From: Alphaproteobacteria bacterium
Lineage (GTDB): Bacteria > Pseudomonadota > Alphaproteobacteria > GCA-2731375
Length of the DNA: 61,732 nt
Direction of reading: 5' to 3'
Assembly (NCBI GenBank): GCA_030747035.1
Contig: JASLLM010000001.1
Span: 1-61,732 of the forward strand
The notes below the pieces were generated by a model. It had not been told where the DNA came from. It did no database searches and saw only the letters and a program-made list of their open reading frames with translations. The position numbers were made by a program, and so were the translations under genes. This document shows, piece after piece, positions 1-11,941 of the stretch (position 1 is the stretch's first letter; every line of letters begins with the position of its first letter).

Positions 1-71
1 CAGACCAGACAAAATAGCCTCAATCACCCGGAGAGAATGGGCGATCGTGTCATGACTTATGGCGACTGGTA

Positions 72-2591
72 TTATTCGTTGCGCAATAGGGGCGCCGGTT
101 TCTGGCTGAGCGCCAACCAGGTCCCCAACATACCCGCGCCAACCGTTACGAACAGGCAAATCAGCGCTGTCATCAAGACGCCGTTGGGCAACCAATACCA
201 GGGCATGCCCATGATTTGCGCCACCACCGCGTAGGCCGCCGCCGTCCCCACACCCGCCGCCAAAACCGCGGTAATCAGCCCTAAAAGGCTATACTCCAGA
301 AAATAAGTCGCCAGCACGCGCCCTCTGGTTGCGCCCAACACTTTCAAAACCACCGCGTCATAGACCCGGCGGCGGTGCGTGGCTGCGATGGCACCGGCCA
401 GGACCAGGACGCCCGCGGCCAGGGTCACGGCGGCGGTGGAACGGACGGCGATGCCAATACTGCGCAGGATCTGGTTGACCGCTTCCAAGGCCTCACGGAT
501 GCGGATCGCCGTAATATTGGGGTAGGCATCGGTCACCGCGACTTGCAGGGGCAGTTCCGCCGCCTCGTCCGCCTTGGCCGTGGCGATGAAGGTATGCGGT
601 GCGCCTTCCAGGGCGCCCGGGGCGAACACGATGACGAAATTGATGCCCAGGGTAGACCAATCGATCCGGCGCAGATTGGCGATCGTCGCCTCAATTTCCC
701 GGCCCAGGACGTTCACGGTCAGGCGGTCGCCGACGCCGATCCCCATCCCCTGGGCGATGGCCGCATCAAACGAGATTAGGGGCGGCCCCGCGTAGTCGGC
801 GGGCCACCATTCGCCAGCCACGATTTCCGCGTCGGGCGGCGGCGGACCGGTGTAGGTCAGGCCGCGGTCGCCGCGCACGGCCCAGGCGGCTTCGGGGGCC
901 ACGGCAACCTTGGCAGCGTCCTCGCCGTTGATCTTGACGATGCGGCCGCGCATGGCCGGTACCCGCTCCACCTCGTCCACGCCGCGAATGGCGGTGGCCA
1001 GGGCATGAAAATCTTCCGCCTGTTCGGGCAGGATATCGATGAAGAAAAATGCCGGCGCCCGTTCCGGCAGACGCTCGGTCACTTGCAGGTTCATATTGCC
1101 CTCGACCCCGATTACCGCCACCAACACCGACAGACCGAGTCCGAACGACTGCACCACCGGAATGGTCGCGGAACCGGGCCGATAGAGGTTGGTCAGGGCC
1201 AGGCGCAATATGGACCGGCGCGGCCGGGGCAGGCGCCGTGTCAGATCGACGATACCAAGGCCTGCCGCCAGAAAAGCCCCCATGGCGGCGGCGGCACCAC
1301 AAACGAACCAGATGGCGAAACGCCGTTCTTCCGCCGTCAGTATCGCCAGCCCGGCAAGGGCGGCGAAGGTTAGAACGGACATGGCGATATAGCGCCATGG
1401 CGGTTTTGCCGCCATGGGCGCGGCCAGATCCCGAAACAGGGCGCCCGCCGGCACCCCCTGAGCCCGCGCCAGGGGCCAGATGGCGAACGCCAACGCGGTA
1501 AGAAAGCCATAAACCGCCGCCAGCAACAGCGGCAAGGGATGCAAATCAAAGCGCACCTGGAATGGCAGCAACTCCGCCAACAGACCCGACAGCAACATCG
1601 GCGTACCGGTGCCGATCACCAGACCAACAAGCACACCGACGGACGTCACCGCCAAAACCAACAGCAAATAGACCTGAAAGATCAGCCGCGCCGGCGCACC
1701 AAGGCATTTCAGGGTCGCGATGGTGCCCGTCTTGCCCTCTAGGAAACTCCGCACCGCGTTACCGATGCCCAGGCCACCCACCAACAGCGCCGTCAGACCC
1801 ACCAGGGTCAGGAAAAGCCGCATGCGGTCGATGAAACGTCTCAGACCCGGCGCGCCATTGCGCACGTCGCGGATCCGCCAGCCGGCGTCGGGAAAGCGCG
1901 CCTTCAAATCCTCGATCCAGTTGACCACATCTTCGCCCTGGGGCAAGGCGATGCGATAGCGGTATTTCACCTGGCTGCCCTCGCGGACCAAATTGGTCGC
2001 CTCCAGCGAAGCCTTGGAGACCATCAGGCGCGGGCCCAGGACAAAGGAATCGGCACCTCGGTCCGGCTCCCGCTTTATCGCCGCGGTTATGCGATAGGTC
2101 GCCTCACCCACCCGCACAGGGTCGCCGATCTTCAGTTTCAGGCGCTGCAACAGAACCGGCTCCGCCACCGCGCCTGGGAGGCCGTCCCGCAGCGCAAGAG
2201 CACTGGCCAAATCCTGATCCGGCTGTAATTGCATGCGGCCATAAAGGGGATAGGGATCGTCCACGCCTTTCAGTTCGATCAGGCCCCGTTCCCGGCCGTC
2301 CGGCCGTCTGGCCATGGAGCGCATTTCGATTACCCGGCTGAGCCGCCCCGCCGCCTGCATATGGGCCAGTTGCGCCGCACTGGCGGGTTGGTGCGAGAGA
2401 CGCAGTTCCACATCACCGCCCAACAGCAGCCGGCCATCCCGGCGCAAGCCGTCAACCAGGGCATCGGACAGGGAACCGACCCCGGCAATGGCGCTGACGC
2501 CAAGGACGACACACAACAGAAAAACGCGAAAGCCGCGCAGACCGCCGCGCAATTCCCGCCGGGCAATGGCAAAGGCCAGGCTGGCAAACAT
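72..2591 (-). CDS. ybbP: ABC transporter permease, FtsX/MacB type with two permease halves (YbbP-like)
   Basis: ORF 72..2657(-). Start moved to the internal ATG (MFASLAFAIARRELRGG...) at 2591, which overlaps the stop of the upstream ATPase (TGATG junction). About 840 aa with many hydrophobic helices in two blocks. Sits in the conserved tesA<>ybbA-ybbP arrangement. Confidence 0.85.
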   Translation of the reverse strand: MFASLAFAIARRELRGGLRGFRVFLLCVVLGVSAIAGVGSLSDALVDGLRRDGRLLLGGDVELRLSHQPASAAQLAHMQAAGRLSRVIEMRSMARRPDGRERGLIELKGVDDPYPLYGRMQLQPDQDLASALALRDGLPGAVAEPVLLQRLKLKIGDPVRVGEATYRITAAIKREPDRGADSFVLGPRLMVSKASLEATNLVREGSQVKYRYRIALPQGEDVVNWIEDLKARFPDAGWRIRDVRNGAPGLRRFIDRMRLFLTLVGLTALLVGGLGIGNAVRSFLEGKTGTIATLKCLGAPARLIFQVYLLLVLAVTSVGVLVGLVIGTGTPMLLSGLLAELLPFQVRFDLHPLPLLLAAVYGFLTALAFAIWPLARAQGVPAGALFRDLAAPMAAKPPWRYIAMSVLTFAALAGLAILTAEERRFAIWFVCGAAAAMGAFLAAGLGIVDLTRRLPRPRRSILRLALTNLYRPGSATIPVVQSFGLGLSVLVAVIGVEGNMNLQVTERLPERAPAFFFIDILPEQAEDFHALATAIRGVDEVERVPAMRGRIVKINGEDAAKVAVAPEAAWAVRGDRGLTYTGPPPPDAEIVAGEWWPADYAGPPLISFDAAIAQGMGIGVGDRLTVNVLGREIEATIANLRRIDWSTLGINFVIVFAPGALEGAPHTFIATAKADEAAELPLQVAVTDAYPNITAIRIREALEAVNQILRSIGIAVRSTAAVTLAAGVLVLAGAIAATHRRRVYDAVVLKVLGATRGRVLATYFLEYSLLGLITAVLAAGVGTAAAYAVVAQIMGMPWYWLPNGVLMTALICLFVTVGAGMLGTWLALSQKPAPLLRNE

Positions 2592-3295
2592 CAGTCGGCC
2601 GCCAGGGTGCCGGCTTCGTCCAACAGGCCATCGCGCATATAGACAATACGGTCGCAACGCCGTGCCAGAGCCGGATCATGGGTGATCAGGATCAGCGTGC
2701 TGTTAACCGCCTGGTGCAAACGGAACATCAGATCGATGATCGCCGCGCCCGTGGCCCCATCCAGGTTGCCCGTGGGCTCGTCCGCCAGCAGCAGGCTTGG
2801 ATTGCCGACCACGGCGCGGGCCAGGGCAACACGCTGTTGCTCGCCGCCCGACAACTGGGCCGGATGGTGGCGCAGGCGATGTTGCAAGCCCACTTCGGCC
2901 AGGGCCGCTTCCGCGCCTGCGAAGGCATCCCGCTGGCCGGCAAACTCCAGCGGCATGGCGACGTTTTCCAGCGCCGTCATGGTCGGAATCAGATGGAACG
3001 ACTGAAATACGATACCCACGTGGTCGCGGCGAAACAGCGCCAGGGCATCCTCGCCCATGGCATGCAGGCCCTGCCCGGCAACCCCAACACTGCCACGGCT
3101 GGGCCGCTCCAAACCCGCGATGATCGCCATCAGGGTGGATTTGCCCGAGCCCGAGGGGCCGACCAAGCCAACCGCTTCACCCTTGGCGACAGACAAGCTG
3201 ACACCGCGTAAGATGTCGACCGGCCCGGCCTCGCTTGGCAGGGTCAAATGCACATCGTCCAGGTCGATCATCATGCCGTCAGAATTCACCGTCAT
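2591..3295 (-). CDS. ybbA: ABC transporter ATP-binding protein (YbbA/LolD-like)
   Basis: Walker A GPSGSGKST, signature LSGGEQQR, Walker B LLLADEPT, H-loop ITHD. Start placed at ATG 3295 (MTVNSDGMMIDL...) preceded by GGAGG. The longest-ORF ATG at 3322 would interlock with the divergent tesA ATG at 3321. Confidence 0.9.
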   Translation of the reverse strand: MTVNSDGMMIDLDDVHLTLPSEAGPVDILRGVSLSVAKGEAVGLVGPSGSGKSTLMAIIAGLERPSRGSVGVAGQGLHAMGEDALALFRRDHVGIVFQSFHLIPTMTALENVAMPLEFAGQRDAFAGAEAALAEVGLQHRLRHHPAQLSGGEQQRVALARAVVGNPSLLLADEPTGNLDGATGAAIIDLMFRLHQAVNSTLILITHDPALARRCDRIVYMRDGLLDEAGTLAAD

Positions 3296-3320
3296 TCGCC
3301 TCCACGCCCGCAGGGTATCC

Positions 3321-3971
3321 ATGCCAAATGGCTACGTCACGCAGGTTGTCAAGGTGCTGGCGTTTTTGGCCTGTTTTCTGGCCGCGGTTTCCAACAGCGC
3401 CCCGGCCCGGGCCGGCGAGAAAGTGGTCCTGACCTTTGGCGACAGCCTGACCGCGGGTTACGGCCTGCCGGCGGCGGATGGCTTCGTGGCCCGGCTGCAA
3501 GACTCCCTGCGGGCGCATGGCAGCGCCGTGCGGGTGAAGAACGGCAGCGTTTCCGGCGATACCTCCGCCGGCGGACGGGCCCGCCTGGCCTGGACGCTGA
3601 AGGGACAAATAGACCTGGTAATCCTGGAACTGGGCGCCAACGACGGCCTGCGCGGCGTCCGTCCAAGCGTGACCCGGCGCAATCTGGACGCCATTCTGAC
3701 CGAACTGGGCCGGCGCGGCATACCTGTCCTGCTGGCCGGCATGCTGGCACCGCCGAACCTGGGCGCGGAATTTGGCCGGGCCTTCAACAGCATCTATCCC
3801 GATCTGGCGCGCCGCCACGACGTCGCCCTGTATCGCTTCTTCCTGGAAGGCGTAGCGGCGCAGCCGCATTTGAACCAACGGGACGGCCTGCATCCCAACG
3901 CCGCCGGCGTCCAGGTCATTGTCGATGCCATCACGCCACATGTGCTAAAATTGCTGGATTCACAAGAATAG
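3321..3971 (+). CDS. tesA: Secreted SGNH/GDSL hydrolase (arylesterase / thioesterase I-like)
   Basis: Internal ATG at 3321 of ORF 3057..3971. Signal-peptide-like N-terminus (VKVLAFLACFLAAVSNSAPARA), block I GDSLTAGYG, block V DGLHPN. Divergent from ybbA as in E. coli. Confidence 0.88.
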   Translation: MPNGYVTQVVKVLAFLACFLAAVSNSAPARAGEKVVLTFGDSLTAGYGLPAADGFVARLQDSLRAHGSAVRVKNGSVSGDTSAGGRARLAWTLKGQIDLVILELGANDGLRGVRPSVTRRNLDAILTELGRRGIPVLLAGMLAPPNLGAEFGRAFNSIYPDLARRHDVALYRFFLEGVAAQPHLNQRDGLHPNAAGVQVIVDAITPHVLKLLDSQE

Positions 3972-3981
3972 GGGGAATGGC

Positions 3982-4524
3982 GTGCGCCTGTTCGTGGCGA
4001 TCCCGCTGCCGGATCGAATTAAGGACACCCTGACCGCAATATGCGGCGGTGTTGACGAGGCACGCTGGCGGGAGCGCGAGCAGTTGCACCTGACCTTGCG
4101 TTTCATTGGCGAGGTCGATGGCGCCATGGCCCGAGATATCGACGATGTCCTCTATCAGATCGCGGCGCCGGCATTTTCGCTGACCCTGCGGCATACGGGA
4201 TTCTTCAGCGAGCGGAAACTGGCGCGGGTGCTGTGGGCCGGGGTTGAGGATGACACGGCATTGCGTCACCTGCATGGCAAGATCCAGCATGGCCTGTCCG
4301 CCATCGGCCTGTCGCCCGAACGCCGCCGCTATCACCCCCACATCACCCTGGCGCGCCTGCCCGGCCTGGAAAGCAGAGAGGCCGAGGGCTATGCCGCCCG
4401 GCACAGCGAATATGCCTCGCCGTCCTTCATCGTGGACCGGTTTTGTTTATTCTCTTCCCACCTGGCACGGGAGGGCGCGATCTATACAGTGGAAGCGGAA
4501 TACCAATTGCTGTTGGAGGGCTAG
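3982..4524 (+). CDS. thpR: RNA 2',3'-cyclic phosphodiesterase (2H phosphoesterase, LigT/ThpR)
   Basis: 180 aa with two H-x-T-x motifs (HLTL, HITL). GTG start at 3982 preceded by GGGGGAA. Confidence 0.85.
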   Translation: MRLFVAIPLPDRIKDTLTAICGGVDEARWREREQLHLTLRFIGEVDGAMARDIDDVLYQIAAPAFSLTLRHTGFFSERKLARVLWAGVEDDTALRHLHGKIQHGLSAIGLSPERRRYHPHITLARLPGLESREAEGYAARHSEYASPSFIVDRFCLFSSHLAREGAIYTVEAEYQLLLEG

Positions 4525-4527
4525 ATA

Positions 4528-5259
4528 ATGCGCATCGTTATTCTGACCGGTGCGGGCATCTCGGCGGAATCGGGCATCGACACGTTTCGCGGCGAGGACG
4601 GCCTATGGAGCAAGGTCAATATCGAAGACGTGGGCACGCCGGACGCCTTCGCCCGCGATCCCGCCCTGGTGCATGATTTCCACAACCAATTTCGCCGCAG
4701 CCTGGAAAACCACCAGCCAAACGTGGCCCATCTGGCATTGGCCAAGTTGGAGGCGGAGCATCCCGGCACCGTCCTGATCGTTACCCAGAATGTGGATAAT
4801 CTGCACGAAAGGGCCGGCAGCCAGAATCTGATCCACATGCACGGCGAATTGTACAAAGTACGCTGCCAGGCCTGTGAAGCCGTCTATCATTGGACCGATG
4901 ATCTGAGCGTGAAAAGCAGCTGTCAACGCTGCCAGGCGGCGGGCCAGATGCGGCCGCATGTGACCTGGTTCTATGAAATGCCCATGCGGATGGACGAGAT
5001 TCAGCGGGCCCTGGCGGCGTGCGATCTGTTCCTGTCGATCGGCACATCGGGCAATGTTTATCCGGCGGCCGGCTTCATCGCCGATATTCGCCGGATGGGC
5101 CGGGCCCACAGTGTTGAACTGAATCTGGAACCATCCGAAGGCAGCAGCCTGTTCGCCGAATGCATTCACGGCCCGGCAGGCGAAGTCGTCCCGGTCTTTG
5201 TGGATCAGCTACTGGAGTCTTCGATGGATGCCATTTCGGCGTCGGAAAAGCCAAAGTGA
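4528..5259 (+). CDS. cobB: NAD-dependent protein deacylase, Sir2 family
   Basis: N-terminal GAGISAESGIDTFRGEDGLW, Zn-ribbon cysteines (CQAC...CQRC), GTSGNVYPAA motif. 243 aa. Confidence 0.92.
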   Translation: MRIVILTGAGISAESGIDTFRGEDGLWSKVNIEDVGTPDAFARDPALVHDFHNQFRRSLENHQPNVAHLALAKLEAEHPGTVLIVTQNVDNLHERAGSQNLIHMHGELYKVRCQACEAVYHWTDDLSVKSSCQRCQAAGQMRPHVTWFYEMPMRMDEIQRALAACDLFLSIGTSGNVYPAAGFIADIRRMGRAHSVELNLEPSEGSSLFAECIHGPAGEVVPVFVDQLLESSMDAISASEKPK

Positions 5260-5606
5260 TGGCCGATTTCGTGGATCAGGACGTGACGCACCAGATCGCC
5301 GAGGTCTTCGCCGCTTTCGATCCAATAATCCAGCAAAGACAGGCGATAAAGGAAGATCATGTCCACGTCGTCAGGCACCTGAGCGACGCTCCTGTCCCGC
5401 AAATTGATCCCACGGTACATGCCCAACAGGTCGTACGGTCCATCAAGGTCCATGGTGCGCACGGTCTCGTCGTCCGGCAAATCGACGACCCGGACCACCA
5501 GATCGGTCAGCTCCCGGCGCAGGGAAGCGGGAATGCGGGCCAGGGTGGCCCGTGCCAGATCCTCGATCTCCGCCAGACTGGGCGCCATGCGGTCGCGTTG
5601 TCCCAT
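5205..5606 (-). CDS. Metallopeptidase-family protein (zincin HEIGHH motif, DUF1025-like)
   Basis: 133 aa with a C-terminal LIHEIGHHFGFSD zinc-binding-type motif. Its 3' end overlaps the cobB 3' end by 55 nt. Confidence 0.75.
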   Translation of the reverse strand: MGQRDRMAPSLAEIEDLARATLARIPASLRRELTDLVVRVVDLPDDETVRTMDLDGPYDLLGMYRGINLRDRSVAQVPDDVDMIFLYRLSLLDYWIESGEDLGDLVRHVLIHEIGHHFGFSDAEMASIEDSSS

Positions 5607-5656
5607 GGGGGGCAGTTTAGCGCGACAAAGACGCAGGCGATACCGGGGCCGGCACC

Positions 5657-7318
5657 ATGATCTGGCGATTTACGGCAATGATGGTGCTGCTGCTGGGCGC
5701 GGCCATTCCTGCCTTGCCGGCGCGGGCGGATTTTTCCGCCGGGCTAAGGGCCTATGGCCAAGGCGATTTTGCCACCGCGCGGATGGAATGGGAAGGCGGT
5801 GAGACCGGTGATGGGACGAAGGGCGCCATGGCCCACTACCGTCTGGGTCTAATGCTGGTGCATGGCATCGGCGTAGACAGGGAACCCGACATCGGTCTGG
5901 CCTGGCTGCGCAAGGCCGGCGACGAAGGCCTGGCCCTGGCGCAGCTCGATTTGGCGGAGTTGCTGTTCAAGGGCGCCGATCTGCCCCAGGATTACGGCGA
6001 AGCCTTGAAATGGAGCCGGCAGGCAGCCAAATCCGGCAAGGCCCTGGCCCGTTACTACATGGGCCGGCATTTCGACCGGGGCCTGGGCGTCGATCTGGAC
6101 TATCACGAAGCACTGAAACATTTCAAATATGCCGCCGAAAAAGGCGTGCCGCAGGCCCAGCGCCGCCTGGGCCAGTATCTCATCGCCGGGATTACCGTTG
6201 ACGCGGACCCGGAACAGGGCCTGCACTGGTTGGAACTGGCAGCCGAGGGCGGCGACGGACTGGCCCAGTATGAAGTGGCCCGGCGCTACAATCTTGGCGA
6301 GAGCGTGGAAAAGGACCTGGCGAAAGCCCGCCAATTGTATACCCGCGCGGCAAGGGCCGGAAACGCCAAGGCGCAACATGATCTGGCGATGTTTCATATC
6401 AAGGGCCTGACCGGCGACAAAGACTTAAAGGAAGGGCGCTTCTGGCTGCAGCGGGCGGCCGCGACAGGCATTGCCCAGTCGCAATATCAGCTGGGCCGCC
6501 TGCAATTGACCGAACTGGCCGATCCACTGTTGATGTACCAGGCATTCGACTGGATCGGCCGGTCCTGGCGGCAAAATTACGCCCCCGGCAATGACCTGAT
6601 CAACAAGCTCGCCAAGGAACTGGCGGGCCGCCTGCAGATCAACAGTTTGCGCGGCAAGATCGATCGCGACGCAACGACGTACTGCCTGCTCGCCTATGCC
6701 ATTTCGGCCTGGAAGGATATCGATGACCACTGCGCCAAGACGGCGAAATTCGGCCAGGTTGTGGCACAATATGTCATGGGCCGTGTCAACGAATACGGCC
6801 TGGGCCGCCCGGTCGACCTGGAAAGGGCGGTGATTTGGTACCGCCAGGCAGCCCTTACCGGATTGCCGCGGGCCCAGAATGCCTTGGGCCGGATGAATTT
6901 GCGCGGCCGCAGCACCGCCCGCAACGCCAAACGCGGCGCAACGTGGGTACGCCAGGCGGCGGAACAGGGCTATCCCCCGGCCCAATTCAATTTGGGCTTC
7001 ATGCATGAAACGGGTCTTGGCGTGCGGAAACAGGCAGTGGCGGCAGCGAACTGGTACCGCCGCGCGGCGGAGCGCGGACATGCCCGGGCGCAATACAATC
7101 TGGCGGCCCGGTTTATCAATGCCGACGGCTTGGTGCCCGATCCGGTACAAGCCTACAAATGGCTTATCCTGGCCGCCATTCCCCAGGGGGTGGACAGCAA
7201 GGAAGGCAAGGGCGTGGCAACCAAGGCGCGCCGTTCGCAACGGCTGTTGGCGGCGGGAATGACCCCGGCGCAACTGCAACAGGCCCGCCAGGCGGCGGCG
7301 GCCTTTAGGCCGAAATAA
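5657..7318 (+). CDS. Secreted Sel1-like repeat (SLR/TPR-family) protein
   Basis: Signal peptide ([17 protein letters not shown]). More than 10 repeats of the SLR pattern (A..WY..AA..G...AQ..LG..Y..G.GV). Confidence 0.85.
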   Translation: MIWRFTAMMVLLLGAAIPALPARADFSAGLRAYGQGDFATARMEWEGGETGDGTKGAMAHYRLGLMLVHGIGVDREPDIGLAWLRKAGDEGLALAQLDLAELLFKGADLPQDYGEALKWSRQAAKSGKALARYYMGRHFDRGLGVDLDYHEALKHFKYAAEKGVPQAQRRLGQYLIAGITVDADPEQGLHWLELAAEGGDGLAQYEVARRYNLGESVEKDLAKARQLYTRAARAGNAKAQHDLAMFHIKGLTGDKDLKEGRFWLQRAAATGIAQSQYQLGRLQLTELADPLLMYQAFDWIGRSWRQNYAPGNDLINKLAKELAGRLQINSLRGKIDRDATTYCLLAYAISAWKDIDDHCAKTAKFGQVVAQYVMGRVNEYGLGRPVDLERAVIWYRQAALTGLPRAQNALGRMNLRGRSTARNAKRGATWVRQAAEQGYPPAQFNLGFMHETGLGVRKQAVAAANWYRRAAERGHARAQYNLAARFINADGLVPDPVQAYKWLILAAIPQGVDSKEGKGVATKARRSQRLLAAGMTPAQLQQARQAAAAFRPK

Positions 7319-7322
7319 CCTC

Positions 7323-7634
7323 ATGCCCAAAAAAGCAACGGACCAACTACGGGGGAAACGCCGTCGCGAGGCGCTGGGCGAACTTTCCAGCTGGCATCTA
7401 AAGGCGGATCGGGACGCGATCGAGAAATCATTCACCTTCGACGATTTCAATGGCGCCTTCGGTTTCATGAGCCGCATCGCCCTGAAGGCCGAGGCCATGA
7501 ACCATCACCCCGAATGGTCCAATGTCTACAACCGGGTCGATATCGTCCTGACCAGCCACGACGTCGGCGGGCTGAGCGAACGGGACATCGCTCTGGCCCG
7601 TTTCATCGATACGCTTGCCGGCGAAACGTCCTAG
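7323..7634 (+). CDS. 4a-hydroxytetrahydrobiopterin (pterin-4a-carbinolamine) dehydratase
   Basis: 103 aa. Contains F.F.DF..AF.FM..IA..AE..NHHPEW.NVYN.V...L.SHD, typical of PCD/DCoH proteins. Confidence 0.88.
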   Translation: MPKKATDQLRGKRRREALGELSSWHLKADRDAIEKSFTFDDFNGAFGFMSRIALKAEAMNHHPEWSNVYNRVDIVLTSHDVGGLSERDIALARFIDTLAGETS

Positions 7635-8392
7635 CGCGGCGCCATGCGGATGGCACCGTCCAGGCGGATGGTCTCGCCGTTCAGCATGACGTTTTCCACG
7701 ATCTGCCGGGCCAGTTGGGCATATTCCTGCGGCTGGCCGAGTTTCTTCGGGAAGGGCACGCTGGCGGCCAGGGAGGTCCGCACATCGTCGGGCAAGGTTC
7801 CCAGCAAGGGCGTCTCGAAGATACCGGGCGCGATGGTGCAGACACGCACGCCCTTGTCCGCCAAATCGCGGGCCACGGGCAAGGTCATGCCGACGATACC
7901 GCCTTTCGAGGCGGAATAAGCGGCCTGACCGACCTGGCCGTCATAGGCAGCAACGGAGGCCGTGTTGATGACCACGCCCCGCTCCCCATCAGCCAGGGGC
8001 TCCAGCTCGACCATATCCGTGCTGGTCATACGGATGCAGTTGAAGGTACCGATTAGATTGATCTTGATGATGCGCTCAAACTGATCAAGCGGGTGGGGGG
8101 CGCCGCGGGACGTCGTCTTGATCGCCACGCCGGTGCCCGCGCAATTGACCAGAATTCGCGCCGTACCCAGGGCTTCCTTGGTCTCGCCGATGGCGGCGAT
8201 CACGCTGTCCTCGGATGTGACATCGCATTTGCAAAAGATGCCGCCAACATCCTTGGCCACGGCCATGCCCTTGTCTTCCTGGATGTCCCAGATCGCCACA
8301 TTGGCGCCGGCCGCTGCCAGTTCCCGCGCGGTGCCTTCGCCCAGGCCCGATGCGCCACCCGTAATGACTGCCACCTGTCCATCGATTTGCAT
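7631..8392 (-). CDS. SDR-family 3-hydroxyacyl-CoA dehydrogenase (type-II HADH / 3-hydroxy-2-methylbutyryl-CoA dehydrogenase-like)
   Basis: Internal ATG at 8392 ([18 protein letters not shown]) with GGGAG upstream. TGGASGLG cofactor motif and catalytic YSASK. Confidence 0.85.
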   Translation of the reverse strand: MQIDGQVAVITGGASGLGEGTARELAAAGANVAIWDIQEDKGMAVAKDVGGIFCKCDVTSEDSVIAAIGETKEALGTARILVNCAGTGVAIKTTSRGAPHPLDQFERIIKINLIGTFNCIRMTSTDMVELEPLADGERGVVINTASVAAYDGQVGQAAYSASKGGIVGMTLPVARDLADKGVRVCTIAPGIFETPLLGTLPDDVRTSLAASVPFPKKLGQPQEYAQLARQIVENVMLNGETIRLDGAIRMAPR

Positions 8393-8499
8393 GATGTACC
8401 ACTCCCTTTTTTTGCTGAGACCATTTATGCCTCGTTGCCGCGTCATAGCAGATGCCCGGCGTATGGAGCAATCGTTGAAAACGCGGCGAAAGCGCTCAT

Positions 8500-8841
8500 A
8501 TGCCGGATATGAGCAAACTGGGGATGAAGCCCAAGGAAATTCGCGTTCGCCAGGATTTTTGGCCCAAGATCAGGCGTGTTCTGGGACGTGTCCCGTTCGC
8601 TTCCGAACTGATCGCCGCCTACTACTGCGCCATTGATCCTGCCACACCGGCGCACGTGAAGGCGATACTGCTGGGCGCCCTGGCCTATTTCATTGTGCCG
8701 GTCGATATGGTGCCGGATTTCATTGTGCTGCTGGGCTTCACCGACGATGCCGCCGTGCTGTTCATGGCGGTCAATCGGGTGCGCCGGCATATCCGGCCCG
8801 AACACCGCGAACGGGCACGGGAATATTTGGCCAATATTTAG
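8500..8841 (+). CDS. YkvA/DUF1232-family membrane protein
   Basis: 113 aa with the characteristic ALAYFIVPVDMVPDFIVLLGFTDDAAV segment. Confidence 0.75.
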   Translation: MPDMSKLGMKPKEIRVRQDFWPKIRRVLGRVPFASELIAAYYCAIDPATPAHVKAILLGALAYFIVPVDMVPDFIVLLGFTDDAAVLFMAVNRVRRHIRPEHRERAREYLANI

Positions 8842-9776
8842 TCCCTGGGCACCGCTGGCGGGTTGATGGCGGGTTGGGTCGGTTCCGGCTTGCGCCCCAG
8901 CCTGGCCTCGCGAATACCAATATACAGCGTCGCGGCAACGACAATCAGGGCGCCGGTCACGGTCCAGTTGTCGGGAATTTCGGCGAATAGCAGGAAGCCG
9001 ATAGCGCCGGCGAACAGCAACCGGGTGTAGTCGAACGGCAACAGCGCCGTTGCCTCGCCGATGCGATAAGCGCGGATCATGCAGTACTGTCCCGCCGCGC
9101 CAAGGGCGCCGATTGCCATTAGAAAGCTCAATTCCGCGAATGTGGGTGCCCGCCAGACCATCAAGGCAGGCCCCAGGGCAACCAGGGACGAGACGGCGCC
9201 GAAATAGAACAGCATGGATTCCGGGCTTTCCGTCGTTGACAGTTTCTTGATCACGACGGTGACAACGGCCACCAGAAAGGCACCCAGCACCGCCACCAGG
9301 GTGGCCGGCTCGATCTCTCCACCAGGCCGCAACATGATGATGACGCCGACGAAACCTATCGCCGTCGCCGACCAGCGGCGCATGCGCACCACTTCACCGA
9401 GGAACAACACAGCCAGGGGAATTAGAAACAGGGCCCGGGCGTAGCTGATGGAAACCGCATCCGCCAGGGGCAGATGGGTAATCGCGTAAAAGCCGCACAG
9501 CATGGCGCAGGAACCGCAAACGGCGCGCATAAGCTGCAAGCCCAAGCGGCGGGTGCGGACCACGCCCAGGCCAAAGCGGAAAAAGAACGGCGCCACCGCG
9601 ATCAAACCAAACAGGGCGCGGAAAAAGGCCAACTGAAAGGAATCGAAGGTCCCGCCCAACAGCTTCACCACCGTGGTCATGGAGGAAAACATGATACAGC
9701 CCAGGACAATCCACAGCGCACCACGGGCATTGCCCGGCAGGTCGAGCACCCGAACGCGTATCTCCGCCGCGGTCAC
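8838..9776 (-). CDS. DMT-superfamily (EamA-like) transporter
   Basis: 312 aa and about 10 predicted TM helices in two halves. GTG start. Its stop overlaps the stop of the convergent DUF1232 gene. Confidence 0.8.
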   Translation of the reverse strand: MTAAEIRVRVLDLPGNARGALWIVLGCIMFSSMTTVVKLLGGTFDSFQLAFFRALFGLIAVAPFFFRFGLGVVRTRRLGLQLMRAVCGSCAMLCGFYAITHLPLADAVSISYARALFLIPLAVLFLGEVVRMRRWSATAIGFVGVIIMLRPGGEIEPATLVAVLGAFLVAVVTVVIKKLSTTESPESMLFYFGAVSSLVALGPALMVWRAPTFAELSFLMAIGALGAAGQYCMIRAYRIGEATALLPFDYTRLLFAGAIGFLLFAEIPDNWTVTGALIVVAATLYIGIREARLGRKPEPTQPAINPPAVPRD

Positions 9777-9808
9777 CTTTGCGGCCCGCCAAAAAAGTCA
9801 CAATTGAT

Positions 9809-9867
9809 TTGCATGGCGGCAATCTAGCGGCGGTGGGTTAACGAGACCAGAACGATGCTTGCATGGC
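9809..9867. promoter_or_regulatory. Two perfect 9-nt direct repeats TTGCATGGC exactly 50 bp apart, upstream of the metabolic cluster
   Basis: Copies at 9809-9817 and 9859-9867, in the 182-bp divergent region between the DMT transporter and the AACS-type ligase. Confidence 0.3.
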
Positions 9868-9958
9868 AGAGTTGCGCCAAAGTAATGGGCCGGGCGTTAG
9901 ACATGGCCGCGCAATCGGCGATGGCGTAAACTGCTGCGTCAATTTGAGGAGAGTACAG

Positions 9959-11926
<1,968 letters not shown>

Positions 11927-11941
11927 CCGGAGGCTAATACC

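Noticed and set aside
3057-3320. N-terminal ORF extensions in the six-frame track: 3057-3320, 9863-9958, 16426-16464, 19134-19265, 25240-25311, 37790-37906 and 60582-60686.
   Set aside because: The extensions overlap neighbouring genes or lack coding character. Internal starts with an RBS match the expected N-termini of the protein families.
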